Assembly (NCBI GenBank): GCA_016932245.1
Contig: JAFGDG010000086.1
Span: 1 to 63,800, forward strand
Direction of reading: 5' to 3'
Source of the DNA: Thermoplasmatota archaeon
Lineage (GTDB): Archaea; Thermoplasmatota; E2; DHVEG-1
DNA: 63,800 bases
The notes beneath the pieces are model-generated. The model saw only the letters and a list, made by a program, of their open reading frames with translations. It had not been told where the DNA came from and ran no database searches. Within the stretch, counting starts at the first letter, position 1. Each line of letters begins with the position of its first letter. Both the position numbers and the translations under genes were made by a program. Positions 37,776 to 46,062 of this stretch are shown here, in pieces.

Positions 37776-38219
37776 TTACTTTTTCCCGTTCTTCTCTGGT
37801 TCTTCAACAGACTTTTCTTTGGTTACTTTGGGGAGAATAACCTTACCGCCCTTTCCCTCAATTTTTTCTATTGCTTTTACTGATGCAGCGTTAACTGTAA
37901 TTTTCATACTACTCTTAATAGTTCCCCCGCCAAGTAATTTATCGATACCTTCCTTTGTTAGATCAATATCCTTTTTTCCAGGGAATACTTCTTCCAGTTG
38001 ACCAACATTGATAGCCATTTCTTTTTTTATGATACCCTGCGGACGTTTAAATCCGTGCACCCCAAAATGATCGGGCATGTACTTCAGCATATGCATATAC
38101 CTATGTTTATGGAGACCAGCGTTGCCCCTGCCGCCTCTCAGACCCGCGCCTCTTCCTGCTTTTTTTCCTTTACCATGGGTCATTGATCCTCTGAATTTCT
38201 TTGTTTTTGTTCGGGCCAC
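37776..38219 (-). CDS. rpl15: 50S ribosomal protein uL15
   Basis: ARTKTKKFRGSMTHGKGKKAGRGAGLRGGRGNAGLHKHR matches the uL15 N-terminus. No in-frame ATG is suitably placed, so GTG at 38219 is the likely start. Confidence 0.85.
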   Translation of the reverse strand: MARTKTKKFRGSMTHGKGKKAGRGAGLRGGRGNAGLHKHRYMHMLKYMPDHFGVHGFKRPQGIIKKEMAINVGQLEEVFPGKKDIDLTKEGIDKLLGGGTIKSSMKITVNAASVKAIEKIEGKGGKVILPKVTKEKSVEEPEKNGKK

Positions 38220-38261
38220 GTTATCACGATTCCTGCATTTTTCTTTGTTATAGGTCGAAAG

Positions 38262-38286
38262 CAGATATAGTAATATATTATTATAC
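38262..38286 (-). promoter_or_regulatory. AT-rich TATA-like element upstream of rpl15
   Basis: Minus-strand GTATAATAATATATTACTATAT lies 45-65 nt upstream of the GTG start, in the 80-nt gap after the methyltransferase stop. Confidence 0.3.
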
Positions 38287-38299
38287 TTTCGGATAAGTT

Positions 38300-38902
38300 T
38301 CAAAAAACAGTTTTTAGCAGCACAACCAAAAACTCAGCTTTTTCTTTGTTGTGAAAATGATAGATTTTTTTTATAGGAAACTTATATATTTTTTGGTACA
38401 CAATTTTTCCATCGAGTGCATGTACGATCTTTTCTAAGAAAGAAAACGTCTTTGCGAGATGAAGTGAATATACTACCGGCGCTATCGTACGAGATGTTTC
38501 AAGAAATCTTCTGTCAGCATTTTTATTGCTTTTTTGCGCGCCGAATGGTGAATTCATAATGACAGTGTCAGCCCTTATCTTAACATCTCGTACATCGGCT
38601 GTGATAAATTCTATTTCTACATCATGTTTCTTTGTATAGTCCTCTGCCGTTTTTATCAACTGTTTATCAATGTCGATGCCAATGACTTTTTTTGCGCCAG
38701 TGACTGCAGCACCAATGGAAAATATGCCTGTTCCGCATCCCAAATCAACAACAACTTTGTGCTGAATGTCACCGAATTGATGTGCGGTAAAAATAATATC
38801 TGCAGCAATGGATGCAGGGGTCATATACTGTTCCAGAGTGGCCCTTGAAACGATTGGTTCTGGCAATTGTTGCAAAAAAATCTCCAACTCTTTTTTTTTC
38901 AT
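38300..38902 (-). CDS. METTL5-like (COG2263) SAM-dependent N6-adenine RNA methyltransferase
   Basis: LEQYMTP, SAM motif VVDLGCGTGIF, and DTVIMNSPFG (NPPF-type motif IV). Confidence 0.75.
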   Translation of the reverse strand: MKKKELEIFLQQLPEPIVSRATLEQYMTPASIAADIIFTAHQFGDIQHKVVVDLGCGTGIFSIGAAVTGAKKVIGIDIDKQLIKTAEDYTKKHDVEIEFITADVRDVKIRADTVIMNSPFGAQKSNKNADRRFLETSRTIAPVVYSLHLAKTFSFLEKIVHALDGKIVYQKIYKFPIKKIYHFHNKEKAEFLVVLLKTVF

Positions 38903-38947
38903 ACGTGACCATCGAAATCACTTCGTCAATTAATAATAGTTTATGCA

Positions 38948-38960
38948 CAAATTTTATTTG
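38948..38960 (+). promoter_or_regulatory. TATA-like element upstream of tRNA-Ala
   Basis: CAAATTTTATTTG lies about 30-40 nt upstream of the mature tRNA 5' end. Confidence 0.35.
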
Positions 38961-38988
38961 CTCGAAGGAGTTTTCGTGCTTTCCACAA

Positions 38989-39062
38989 GGGCTTGTAGAT
39001 CAGCTCGGAAGATCGCCTCCTTGGCATGGAGGAGGCCTCGGGTTCAAATCCCGACAAGTCCA
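38989..39062 (+). tRNA. tRNA-Ala (anticodon GGC)
   Basis: 74-nt cloverleaf. Acceptor GGGCTTG/CAAGTCC with the G3:U70 alanine identity pair, D arm GATC-AGCTCGGAA-GATC, anticodon stem CCTCC/GGAGG with loop TTGGCAT, T arm TCGGG-TTCAAAT-CCCGA, discriminator A. T-tract follows. Confidence 0.9.
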
Positions 39063-39097
39063 TTACTTTTTTACATTTATTAATTATTTCATAGCTT

Positions 39098-39376
39098 ATG
39101 GCACCAGATGATGAATTACGGAAAAAAGCAAGAAAAATCGCAAAAGAAAAATCTGATTTTTACATACATTTTGTGATTTATATCGCTGTTAATTTGCTTC
39201 TTATTGCGATATGGTGGGTAACATTAGGCCCATACGGTTTTCCATGGTTTGTGTTTCCACTTTTTGGCTGGGGCATAGGCGTTGCAGCACACGGTATTTC
39301 AGCGTTCAGAGGGGAAGGATATATTGAACAGCAAGCTGAAAAAGAATACCAAAAACTCAAGAAAAAAGACCGATAA
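39098..39376 (+). CDS. 2TM-domain small membrane protein
   Basis: 92 aa. Basic N-terminus, two hydrophobic helices (FVIYIAVNLLLIAIWW, FVFPLFGWGIGVAAHGI) and a charged tail, as in the 2TM family. Confidence 0.55.
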   Translation: MAPDDELRKKARKIAKEKSDFYIHFVIYIAVNLLLIAIWWVTLGPYGFPWFVFPLFGWGIGVAAHGISAFRGEGYIEQQAEKEYQKLKKKDR

Positions 39377-39479
39377 CTACACGTTTCTTTCTATTGCTCT
39401 ATTTAATATATGAATAATTTTATAAAAGCAAAAAGATACAAAAAGGTTATATATGCGTTTTCCTGTTTTAGGTATATAA

Positions 39480-39995
39480 ATGGTTGATAGTATGATGCGA
39501 ACAAAAGTAGTTAATGATTCTACCGATCTTGTCCCTTTATTGCGTGCATTCGACTCCAAGATAAAAAAAGAAGTTTTTAACGATCTTCTTCTTGATTGGA
39601 AACCATTGAGTGAGATCCTCGATAAATATGGTGAGGATGGAGAAGAAGCTGTCGAGCTTTTTGATAAAATGAAATTAGTTGAATCGAAATGGACAACTTC
39701 ACAAGATGGGATAAATGGCAAACCTCAAAAAAAGTACCGATCGTATTATTCTGCATTTAATATTAATATCTCATGTCCTGTTAATGAAATTAGTGAAATT
39801 TTTACTGTTGCTTCATTGAATCAAAAAGAATTTGAAAATTTGGAAACCAACATCTACGACTTTGTAGGTGAGGAAGGAAAATTCGGCAACATGGTTGCAG
39901 AGACGTTTAATCTTTCTAACTTGGCTTTAAAAGGGCTGGTAAAACGATCAAACAAATTTTGTTATAAGGGATTGAAATTAAGTCGAAAAGAATAA
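39480..39995 (+). CDS. hypothetical cytoplasmic protein (possible winged-helix regulator)
   Basis: 171-aa ORF with protein-like composition. The N-terminal segment (LLRAFDSKIKKEVFNDLLLDWKPLSEIL) looks ArsR/wHTH-like. No firm family recognised. Confidence 0.35.
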   Translation: MVDSMMRTKVVNDSTDLVPLLRAFDSKIKKEVFNDLLLDWKPLSEILDKYGEDGEEAVELFDKMKLVESKWTTSQDGINGKPQKKYRSYYSAFNINISCPVNEISEIFTVASLNQKEFENLETNIYDFVGEEGKFGNMVAETFNLSNLALKGLVKRSNKFCYKGLKLSRKE

Positions 39996-40056
39996 CCGTT
40001 TTTTATACACATTGGCACCTATTATTTTTAAACTCTTTCTGCATTCCAAATGGGTA

Positions 40057-40641
40057 ATGAGTTACGAAATTGTCTTGCAAGCACTTTGGCTTATTCTTCC
40101 AGCATACATTGCTAATGCCGGTGCGTTACTTAGTGGCAGGGGTACACCAATTGATTTTGGAAGGAACTGGAAGGATGGAAAACGCCTGCTCGGCGATGGC
40201 AAAACCTGGCGTGGTCTGGCCACTGGCGCGGTTATTGGTATGGCTGGGGGGTTTGCCCTTTCTATCATTGCATTCTATGCACATGATAGTGATTTTGCGT
40301 TTTTAGGATTAAGTAACTTTGGCCGTTTTCCACTCATGATTTTTATTGTAGGTTCTCTTTGTTTCGGTGCATTATTGGGAGATATCGTTGAAAGTTTTTT
40401 TAAAAGAAGACGAGGAAAACGTCGTGGGGAGGATTGGGTCCCCTTTGATCAGCTAGATTTTATCATCGGTGCGTTGGTCTGTAGTTTTCTTATTTCTTCT
40501 TTGTTGCAGGTTACAGGAATTACCAGTACTAATTGGTTTCTTGATACGTTTACGCTCTGGCACGTTCTTGTATTGCTTGTTATAACACCATTTTTCCACG
40601 TATTTGCCAATTTCGTCCACAGAAAAACAAACCACAGGTAG
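40057..40641 (+). CDS. carS: CDP-archaeol synthase
   Basis: ILPAYIANAGALL...PIDFG...GDGKTWRG and later GDIVESFFKRR...G...PFDQLDF match the CarS (DUF46) family. Start placed at ATG 40057. Confidence 0.75.
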   Translation: MSYEIVLQALWLILPAYIANAGALLSGRGTPIDFGRNWKDGKRLLGDGKTWRGLATGAVIGMAGGFALSIIAFYAHDSDFAFLGLSNFGRFPLMIFIVGSLCFGALLGDIVESFFKRRRGKRRGEDWVPFDQLDFIIGALVCSFLISSLLQVTGITSTNWFLDTFTLWHVLVLLVITPFFHVFANFVHRKTNHR

Positions 40642-40683
40642 CAAACGAAATTATTTAAACACGGGAAGCTTTTTCTCATCAGT

Positions 40684-40989
40684 ATGATAACATCGTCGCC
40701 ACCTGCCATGAATAAAGAACTCAAAGAGTGGTTAGCAGATACAAAAAAATTTATTAAAGAAAAAAAGGACAGCAAACAACCTCAGAAAAAACCTTCAGGA
40801 AAATGTCAAATTTGCGGACAGAATGAGGCCAAAGCTATCTGTTTAAAATGTGGAAGATCAGTGTGTGGCTCGTGTTATTTTAAGCTTATCAATATTTGTA
40901 AAAAATGTGTTCCCCCTGAAACAGCAGCAAAGTGGGAAGGGAAACAACCAGACTGGGAAGAAATTCTTGGTGTTGAATGGGTTGATTAG
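40684..40989 (+). CDS. small cysteine-rich protein with binuclear cross-brace-type zinc finger
   Basis: Eight Cys spaced CX2C-X8-CX2C-X4-CX2C-X7-CX2C (CQICGQNEAKAICLKCGRSVCGSCYFKLINICKKC), preceded by a Lys-rich N-terminal region. The start could instead be ATG 40708. Confidence 0.5.
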   Translation: MITSSPPAMNKELKEWLADTKKFIKEKKDSKQPQKKPSGKCQICGQNEAKAICLKCGRSVCGSCYFKLINICKKCVPPETAAKWEGKQPDWEEILGVEWVD

Positions 40990-42374
40990 TCTTCGTTTTC
41001 CTCTCTTTTAAGACGTTCTCCCTCAAGATATAATGCGTGCATTGATCGTGCTGTTCTCCAGGAAGACGGATAAATTGGAACACCCGCTGCTTTAAGATCC
41101 CAGACTAAGTCTTCAAACTCTCTACCACCTACCCACGTCGCTAACAGAGGTTTTTTATATGTTTCATGTAACTTTCGTTGCCGTACCATCTTTAGAATGG
41201 CACCAGTAAACTCTCGCGGTCGCGCGTAACCACCATGAACTGATGCAACAATTACCCCATCGATATTCGGATCTTCAAGGAGTGCACTTGTTGCCGCTTC
41301 GTACCGCTCAAATCCTGCATCCGCAACAAGATCTATAGGGTTGTTAGGCTTGATAAGATCGGGAAGAATTTTATCTATTTTCTTAAACGTCTTTGCCGAA
41401 AGTTTCGGAATTTGCAGGCCGTTTGCTTCACAAGCATCAGTCAATAGAATTCCCAGACCTCCACCGTTGGTAATAATTCCTATTCGATTGCCCATGGCCG
41501 GGGGCTGACCAGCTAACGCTTGTGCCATATCAAATAACTCGACCACATCACGACAACGAATGCCGCCTGCTTGTTTGATTGCAGCGCTATAAATTTTATC
41601 ACTTCCCGCCATCGATCCTGTGTGAGATGCAGTAGCGCGTGCACCAGCAGCACTTCTCCCTGCTTTTACTACGAGAACCGGTTTATGGCATGCTTTAATG
41701 CTGTTCATGAACGCACGCCCGTCTTTGATCCCTTCAATATAAAGTCCGATAACCTTAGTTTCTGGATCGGTGCTGAAATAGTCGATGAGATCATCGTCAT
41801 CAATGTCAAGTTTATTGCCGACACCAATAATTTTAGAAACACCCACAAATTCGTTATTGGCAAGATAAATCATGCCAATTCCCAATGCACCGCTTTGACT
41901 AATCAATGCAACATTCCCCTTTCGAGGAACTCCGAAAACAAACGATGCATCAAGACCATCTGACGCATTTTTGTAGCCCATTGTATTTGGTCCTAGTACT
42001 CTTATATGTGTGTTATTGATAATTTGTCGCAACTCGTTTTCAAGAGAGTGATCACCAATTTCACTGAATCCGGAAGAGATAATGATAACATATTTCACCT
42101 GCTTTTTGACACATTCGGAAAGAATTTGTGGAACCAGTTTTGCCGGTACAGAGATCAAAACTACGTCAATACTCCCAGGGACCTCTGCCACTTTCGTATA
42201 GCATCTCAGCCCAAGTATCTCTTTTTCATGAGGGTTTATTGGATAAATTTTGCATTCATAATCGGAAATCAGGATATTTTTTAATGCAGCATGTCCAATT
42301 TTTGTTGGATTTTTTGAAGCTCCAACTACTGCGATACTTTTCGGTTTGAAGAACGTATCAAGATTCCCCTTCAT
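40986..42374 (-). CDS. acdA: ADP-forming acetyl-CoA synthetase alpha subunit / CoA-binding succinyl-CoA-ligase-like protein
   Basis: FFKPKSIAVVGAS CoA-binding start, SQSGALG, and the phosphohistidine loop ASHTGSMAGS. Confidence 0.8.
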   Translation of the reverse strand: MKGNLDTFFKPKSIAVVGASKNPTKIGHAALKNILISDYECKIYPINPHEKEILGLRCYTKVAEVPGSIDVVLISVPAKLVPQILSECVKKQVKYVIIISSGFSEIGDHSLENELRQIINNTHIRVLGPNTMGYKNASDGLDASFVFGVPRKGNVALISQSGALGIGMIYLANNEFVGVSKIIGVGNKLDIDDDDLIDYFSTDPETKVIGLYIEGIKDGRAFMNSIKACHKPVLVVKAGRSAAGARATASHTGSMAGSDKIYSAAIKQAGGIRCRDVVELFDMAQALAGQPPAMGNRIGIITNGGGLGILLTDACEANGLQIPKLSAKTFKKIDKILPDLIKPNNPIDLVADAGFERYEAATSALLEDPNIDGVIVASVHGGYARPREFTGAILKMVRQRKLHETYKKPLLATWVGGREFEDLVWDLKAAGVPIYPSSWRTARSMHALYLEGERLKREENED

Positions 42375-42428
42375 GGATGATCACAACGTAACCGACATAG
42401 AGCATTCATTACTTAAATAATCGCGCAG

Positions 42429-42950
42429 TCACTCATCGATATACTGTTTCATGATTTTGATAACTTCTTTGCTTGTTTTTGCGGTATTGTATTCTTCCAA
42501 TGGCTGTTTATTTAATTCTAAAAAATAAGGTCCCCATTTGTAGAGCCTTACTAATTCTTCAGCCTGTTTGTTATAGCCCAATATATACAACGCTGCAGCA
42601 AAGGCTTCCAATGTTGTTAATTTGAACGGTTTGCCGTAGTTGACAGGATTTGTAGCAACGACAAATGGTAACGCACGCGAATGATTCTTTTTATCAAGAA
42701 TCCGAAACGACATTTCAGCAGTTTTCCAAGAACAATCAAGTGCAAGAATGCCATGTTGAAGGGCCATTTGTTCATCTTCTTTTGATAGGGCCTTTTTTGC
42801 AAAAGGATTTAAGAGAATTGTTTTTTGAGGAACTTTTTTTACGCTTGTCTCCAATTTTACCATGCCAAACTTTCTCATCTTTTTTGCACTGCACTTTTTC
42901 GGGTCGTCTTCATTTGCATGGTAGACAAAAAGGTTGATTTTTTGTTTCAT
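42429..42950 (-). CDS. tsr3: 16S rRNA aminocarboxypropyltransferase Tsr3 (DUF367)
   Basis: LFVYHANEDDPKKCSAKKMRKFGMV and ILALDCSW match the Tsr3 family. Confidence 0.75.
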   Translation of the reverse strand: MKQKINLFVYHANEDDPKKCSAKKMRKFGMVKLETSVKKVPQKTILLNPFAKKALSKEDEQMALQHGILALDCSWKTAEMSFRILDKKNHSRALPFVVATNPVNYGKPFKLTTLEAFAAALYILGYNKQAEELVRLYKWGPYFLELNKQPLEEYNTAKTSKEVIKIMKQYIDE

Positions 42951-43792
42951 TCATCACCTATCTTAATATCCAATACAACGTGACTTATGCCGGGGGCGTA
43001 TGACTTTATTTTTTTGAAAGTTATCAATTCTACATCACTATTGTATTGTTCTGCTGCTTTTTGTATTAATGTGAAAGGTTTTTTAGGAATGGTATCGTTA
43101 GGAAATACATCATGATAATGAATAATGCCCGTATGGTCTTTGAGGCAGTTTATTGCATTTTGTAAGAATTTGTGCGTATTTCTAATATGTCCCATGATGA
43201 CTCTATCAGCAACATTCTTTGGTGCGATTTCTCTGTTATCGCCAAGCAATGGTTCAACAATTGAAGTAACATCATTTAATATGATATTTTGACACAGATA
43301 ATCATATGATACAGGATTAAGTTCGCAAGCATATATCCTTCTTGGCTTGCTTTTTACTGCCATAGGAACGCTAAAGTAGCCAATTCCTGCAAAGAGGTCA
43401 ACTACTATCTCATTATTGTTTGAAATGGTTGCCATTCGTCCTCGTTCATTCATGTTTCCTGAGGAAAACATCAATTTTTGCGGGTCTAATTTAAATCGTA
43501 TGCCATTCTCTCTGTGTAATGTTTCTGTGTTTTTATCTCCAAAAATTACTTCGACCACTGGCTTGCGGTATGTTCCTGTAATGCCACCAACATCGTTTAG
43601 GATCGTCTTACACCGAAGATATTTAGCATAGCGCTCTGCGATAATTACTTTATTCTTCTCAAGCTCCTTTGGTAGCCTTATAATTGCAACATCACCAACT
43701 ATTTCCCATTTTTGCGGTAAAAGAGGCAACTTCGTTTGAGGAACGATGTTTGCAAGGGATGTTGCAATTCTGTTAAAGGGAGTATCAATCAT
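42947..43792 (-). CDS. taw2: Met_10-family tRNA modification enzyme, more Taw2-like (acp transferase) than Trm5-like
   Basis: SAM motif VVDLFAGIGYFSVPMA. ADRVIMGH occupies the place of the Trm5 NLP motif, and IIHYH...YAPGISHVVLD is present. 281 aa fits Taw2 size. It overlaps the tsr3 start by 4 nt. Confidence 0.55.
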   Translation of the reverse strand: MIDTPFNRIATSLANIVPQTKLPLLPQKWEIVGDVAIIRLPKELEKNKVIIAERYAKYLRCKTILNDVGGITGTYRKPVVEVIFGDKNTETLHRENGIRFKLDPQKLMFSSGNMNERGRMATISNNNEIVVDLFAGIGYFSVPMAVKSKPRRIYACELNPVSYDYLCQNIILNDVTSIVEPLLGDNREIAPKNVADRVIMGHIRNTHKFLQNAINCLKDHTGIIHYHDVFPNDTIPKKPFTLIQKAAEQYNSDVELITFKKIKSYAPGISHVVLDIKIGDE

Positions 43793-43897
43793 GATGTAAG
43801 GTTTAACAAGATAACACTATAAAATGTCATGTACCGAAATACTTTCGCTCATGTCCCAACAACTCTTTTTACCAAGGTTAGTATACTCTCTTTCATC

Positions 43898-45898
43898 ATG
43901 GAACTTTTCCCCTATCCCTTGCGCAAAAGTCAAAAGGCAATTATGCAGACCATCAAAAACACGCTTGAGAGCGGCAGTCATATGGTCTTCGAATCAGGGA
44001 CTGGTTCTGGAAAAACCATCTGTGCACTCACGTCAACTCTCGAATACGCATTAGCACATGACAAAAAGATCATCTACACCACACGGACCAACGCTCAGCA
44101 ACAACAAGTCATCTTTGAATTACGAGCCATCAGAAATAAATTGTCCAGTAACAAGGAACAGGTATTTGGAGTGGGTATTCAAGGTCGTGCAAATATGTGC
44201 ATCCTTGCAAGAAAAAATCCTGAGTTTGCCAAAGGAACAGCAGAGGAACTTTCGAAGCTGTGTTCCCATGAAAAAAAGAAAGCAAGAAACACCAATCAAA
44301 AAAACAAGGGATGCCAGTATTATCGCACCTTTTTAGAACAAAAGGAAAAGGTTACTGATCTGGTGGAGTGGGCAACAAAGACACTTCCAACGGCAGAAGA
44401 GTTTATCACCCATTGTGAACAGCAGCATATCTGCCCTTATGAGATGAATAGGCTGCTTATTCGCGAGGCAACCGTAGTTGTTGTTCCATATGTCTATGTG
44501 TTGAACGCCATGATTCGAAACATGCTTTTTGATTGGCTTTCAGTACCTGAAGAAGATATGATTTTGATTGTTGATGAAGCACACAATATCCCTGAGTTCA
44601 TTAGAGACTTGTTTTCAGTACAACTTACAACATACATGCTTACCAACTGTCTGTACGAAGCAGAAAAATTTGGCGACCCCGCGCTCGTCGATGGCACTGT
44701 TACCGTTTCGCGATTTTGTAATCTGCTTCTTGAGATTATCAGCACTCTGAGAGATACGTACGTGTACGGTATCTTAGAAAGTGGCATTCGAAAAGGCCCC
44801 ATAGAAAAAACAGACGCGTTTATCCCTTCAAATGAATTAGAAACCGAATTATTATCCCGATTAACCATCACCAGTAAGAAACTGCATGACATCATTGGAG
44901 ATTTAATTGCGTATGGAGAAAAAATACAAGACTATCGACAGAAAGAAGGAAAACTACCCCGATCATATCTACACAAACTCGGTGTTTTTCTTGATGTGTG
45001 GATGTCACTTGAATCAGAACAATATGCTAAACTCGTGGTTGATGCATCTCAAGGAAAAAACCCTCGTATTGAAGCGTTTTGCTTAGATCCTGCAGTTGGT
45101 ACAGGAATCTTGCGACAATTCCATGCAACAATTCACATGTCTGGTACTCTTGAACCACTTGAAGAATACCGTGATTCTCTGGGGCTTCCTGAAGATATAG
45201 AATTGATCTCGTATCCTTCCCCCTTTCCTCAAGAACATCGAAGGATTCTCTTTGTTCGCGATGTTACCACGAAATATGCAGAAATGGCAAGAGATAAAAA
45301 GATCATTCCGCGAATGAAGAAATATATTACTGATATCTGCAATACCTTCCCCCAAAACACCATGGTCTTTTTTCCCAGCTTTGATATCATGTCGAATTTT
45401 CTAAACGACGGTATGAAGCAAGATATCACCCGCTGTCTCTATGTGGAAGAACAAGGAATGTCGCAGATAGACCTTATGGATATTGTTTCTGATTTTAAAG
45501 AATGTAGCTCAAAGCAAACCAATGGTGCCACGCTCTTTTCGGTGATAGGCGGTCGTATCAGTGAGGGCATGGATTTTCCTGCAGAAGAGCTCGAAGTTGC
45601 CGTTATTGTTGGCATCCCTTATCCCAAACCAACTGCCCGGCAACGAGGCCTGCAACGATATTACGACATTAAATTTCGAAAAGGGTGGGAGTATACGGTT
45701 GAAGCACCAACAGCGCGAAAAATATTGCAATCAATCGGCAGACTTATCCGTGACGAGCAAGACCGAGGCATTGCTGTTATCCTTGATAGAAGGGCATCAC
45801 GCTTTACACGTTATTTAGGAAACTTAACAGAATCAAAACACCCTCTGAGAGATATCGATTGTTTCCTTAATCAACAGTCCTATTTTGGCAAGAGGTGA
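43898..45898 (+). CDS. xpd: XPD/Rad3-family iron-sulfur DNA helicase
   Basis: Walker A ESGTGSGKT and DEAH box VDEAHN. Four-Cys FeS cluster region (NMCILAR...LCSHEKK...GCQYY...ICPYE). C-terminal helicase motifs (GRISEGMDF, QSIGRLIR). Start placed at ATG 43898. Confidence 0.85.
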   Translation: MELFPYPLRKSQKAIMQTIKNTLESGSHMVFESGTGSGKTICALTSTLEYALAHDKKIIYTTRTNAQQQQVIFELRAIRNKLSSNKEQVFGVGIQGRANMCILARKNPEFAKGTAEELSKLCSHEKKKARNTNQKNKGCQYYRTFLEQKEKVTDLVEWATKTLPTAEEFITHCEQQHICPYEMNRLLIREATVVVVPYVYVLNAMIRNMLFDWLSVPEEDMILIVDEAHNIPEFIRDLFSVQLTTYMLTNCLYEAEKFGDPALVDGTVTVSRFCNLLLEIISTLRDTYVYGILESGIRKGPIEKTDAFIPSNELETELLSRLTITSKKLHDIIGDLIAYGEKIQDYRQKEGKLPRSYLHKLGVFLDVWMSLESEQYAKLVVDASQGKNPRIEAFCLDPAVGTGILRQFHATIHMSGTLEPLEEYRDSLGLPEDIELISYPSPFPQEHRRILFVRDVTTKYAEMARDKKIIPRMKKYITDICNTFPQNTMVFFPSFDIMSNFLNDGMKQDITRCLYVEEQGMSQIDLMDIVSDFKECSSKQTNGATLFSVIGGRISEGMDFPAEELEVAVIVGIPYPKPTARQRGLQRYYDIKFRKGWEYTVEAPTARKILQSIGRLIRDEQDRGIAVILDRRASRFTRYLGNLTESKHPLRDIDCFLNQQSYFGKR

Positions 45899-46062
45899 GG
45901 TATTCCTTTTTCTATCGAGTAGTTGCATTGACACGCTTTACATATCAATGTCCCTTCAAGAATTTCATCTTTTCGTTCTTTAGTAATAACGATGTCAAGA
46001 TCTCCTTTACAGGTTGGGCAACAAAGCATATCAACGAATTCTTTTCTCATACTCTGGTTCAC
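45880..46062 (-). CDS. trm112: Trm112-family zinc-ribbon protein
   Basis: 60 aa. LCCPTCKG...LICKACQCNYSIEKGIPHLLP is the Trm112/DUF343 pattern. Confidence 0.7.
   Translation of the reverse strand: MNQSMRKEFVDMLCCPTCKGDLDIVITKERKDEILEGTLICKACQCNYSIEKGIPHLLPK

Noticed and set aside
38220-38303. 28-codon N-terminal extension of uL15 back to ATG 38303
   Set aside because: The extension (MKLIRKYNNILLYLLSTYNKEKCRNRDN) is not part of any uL15 I know. It covers the AT-rich promoter-like spacer and overlaps the methyltransferase stop.
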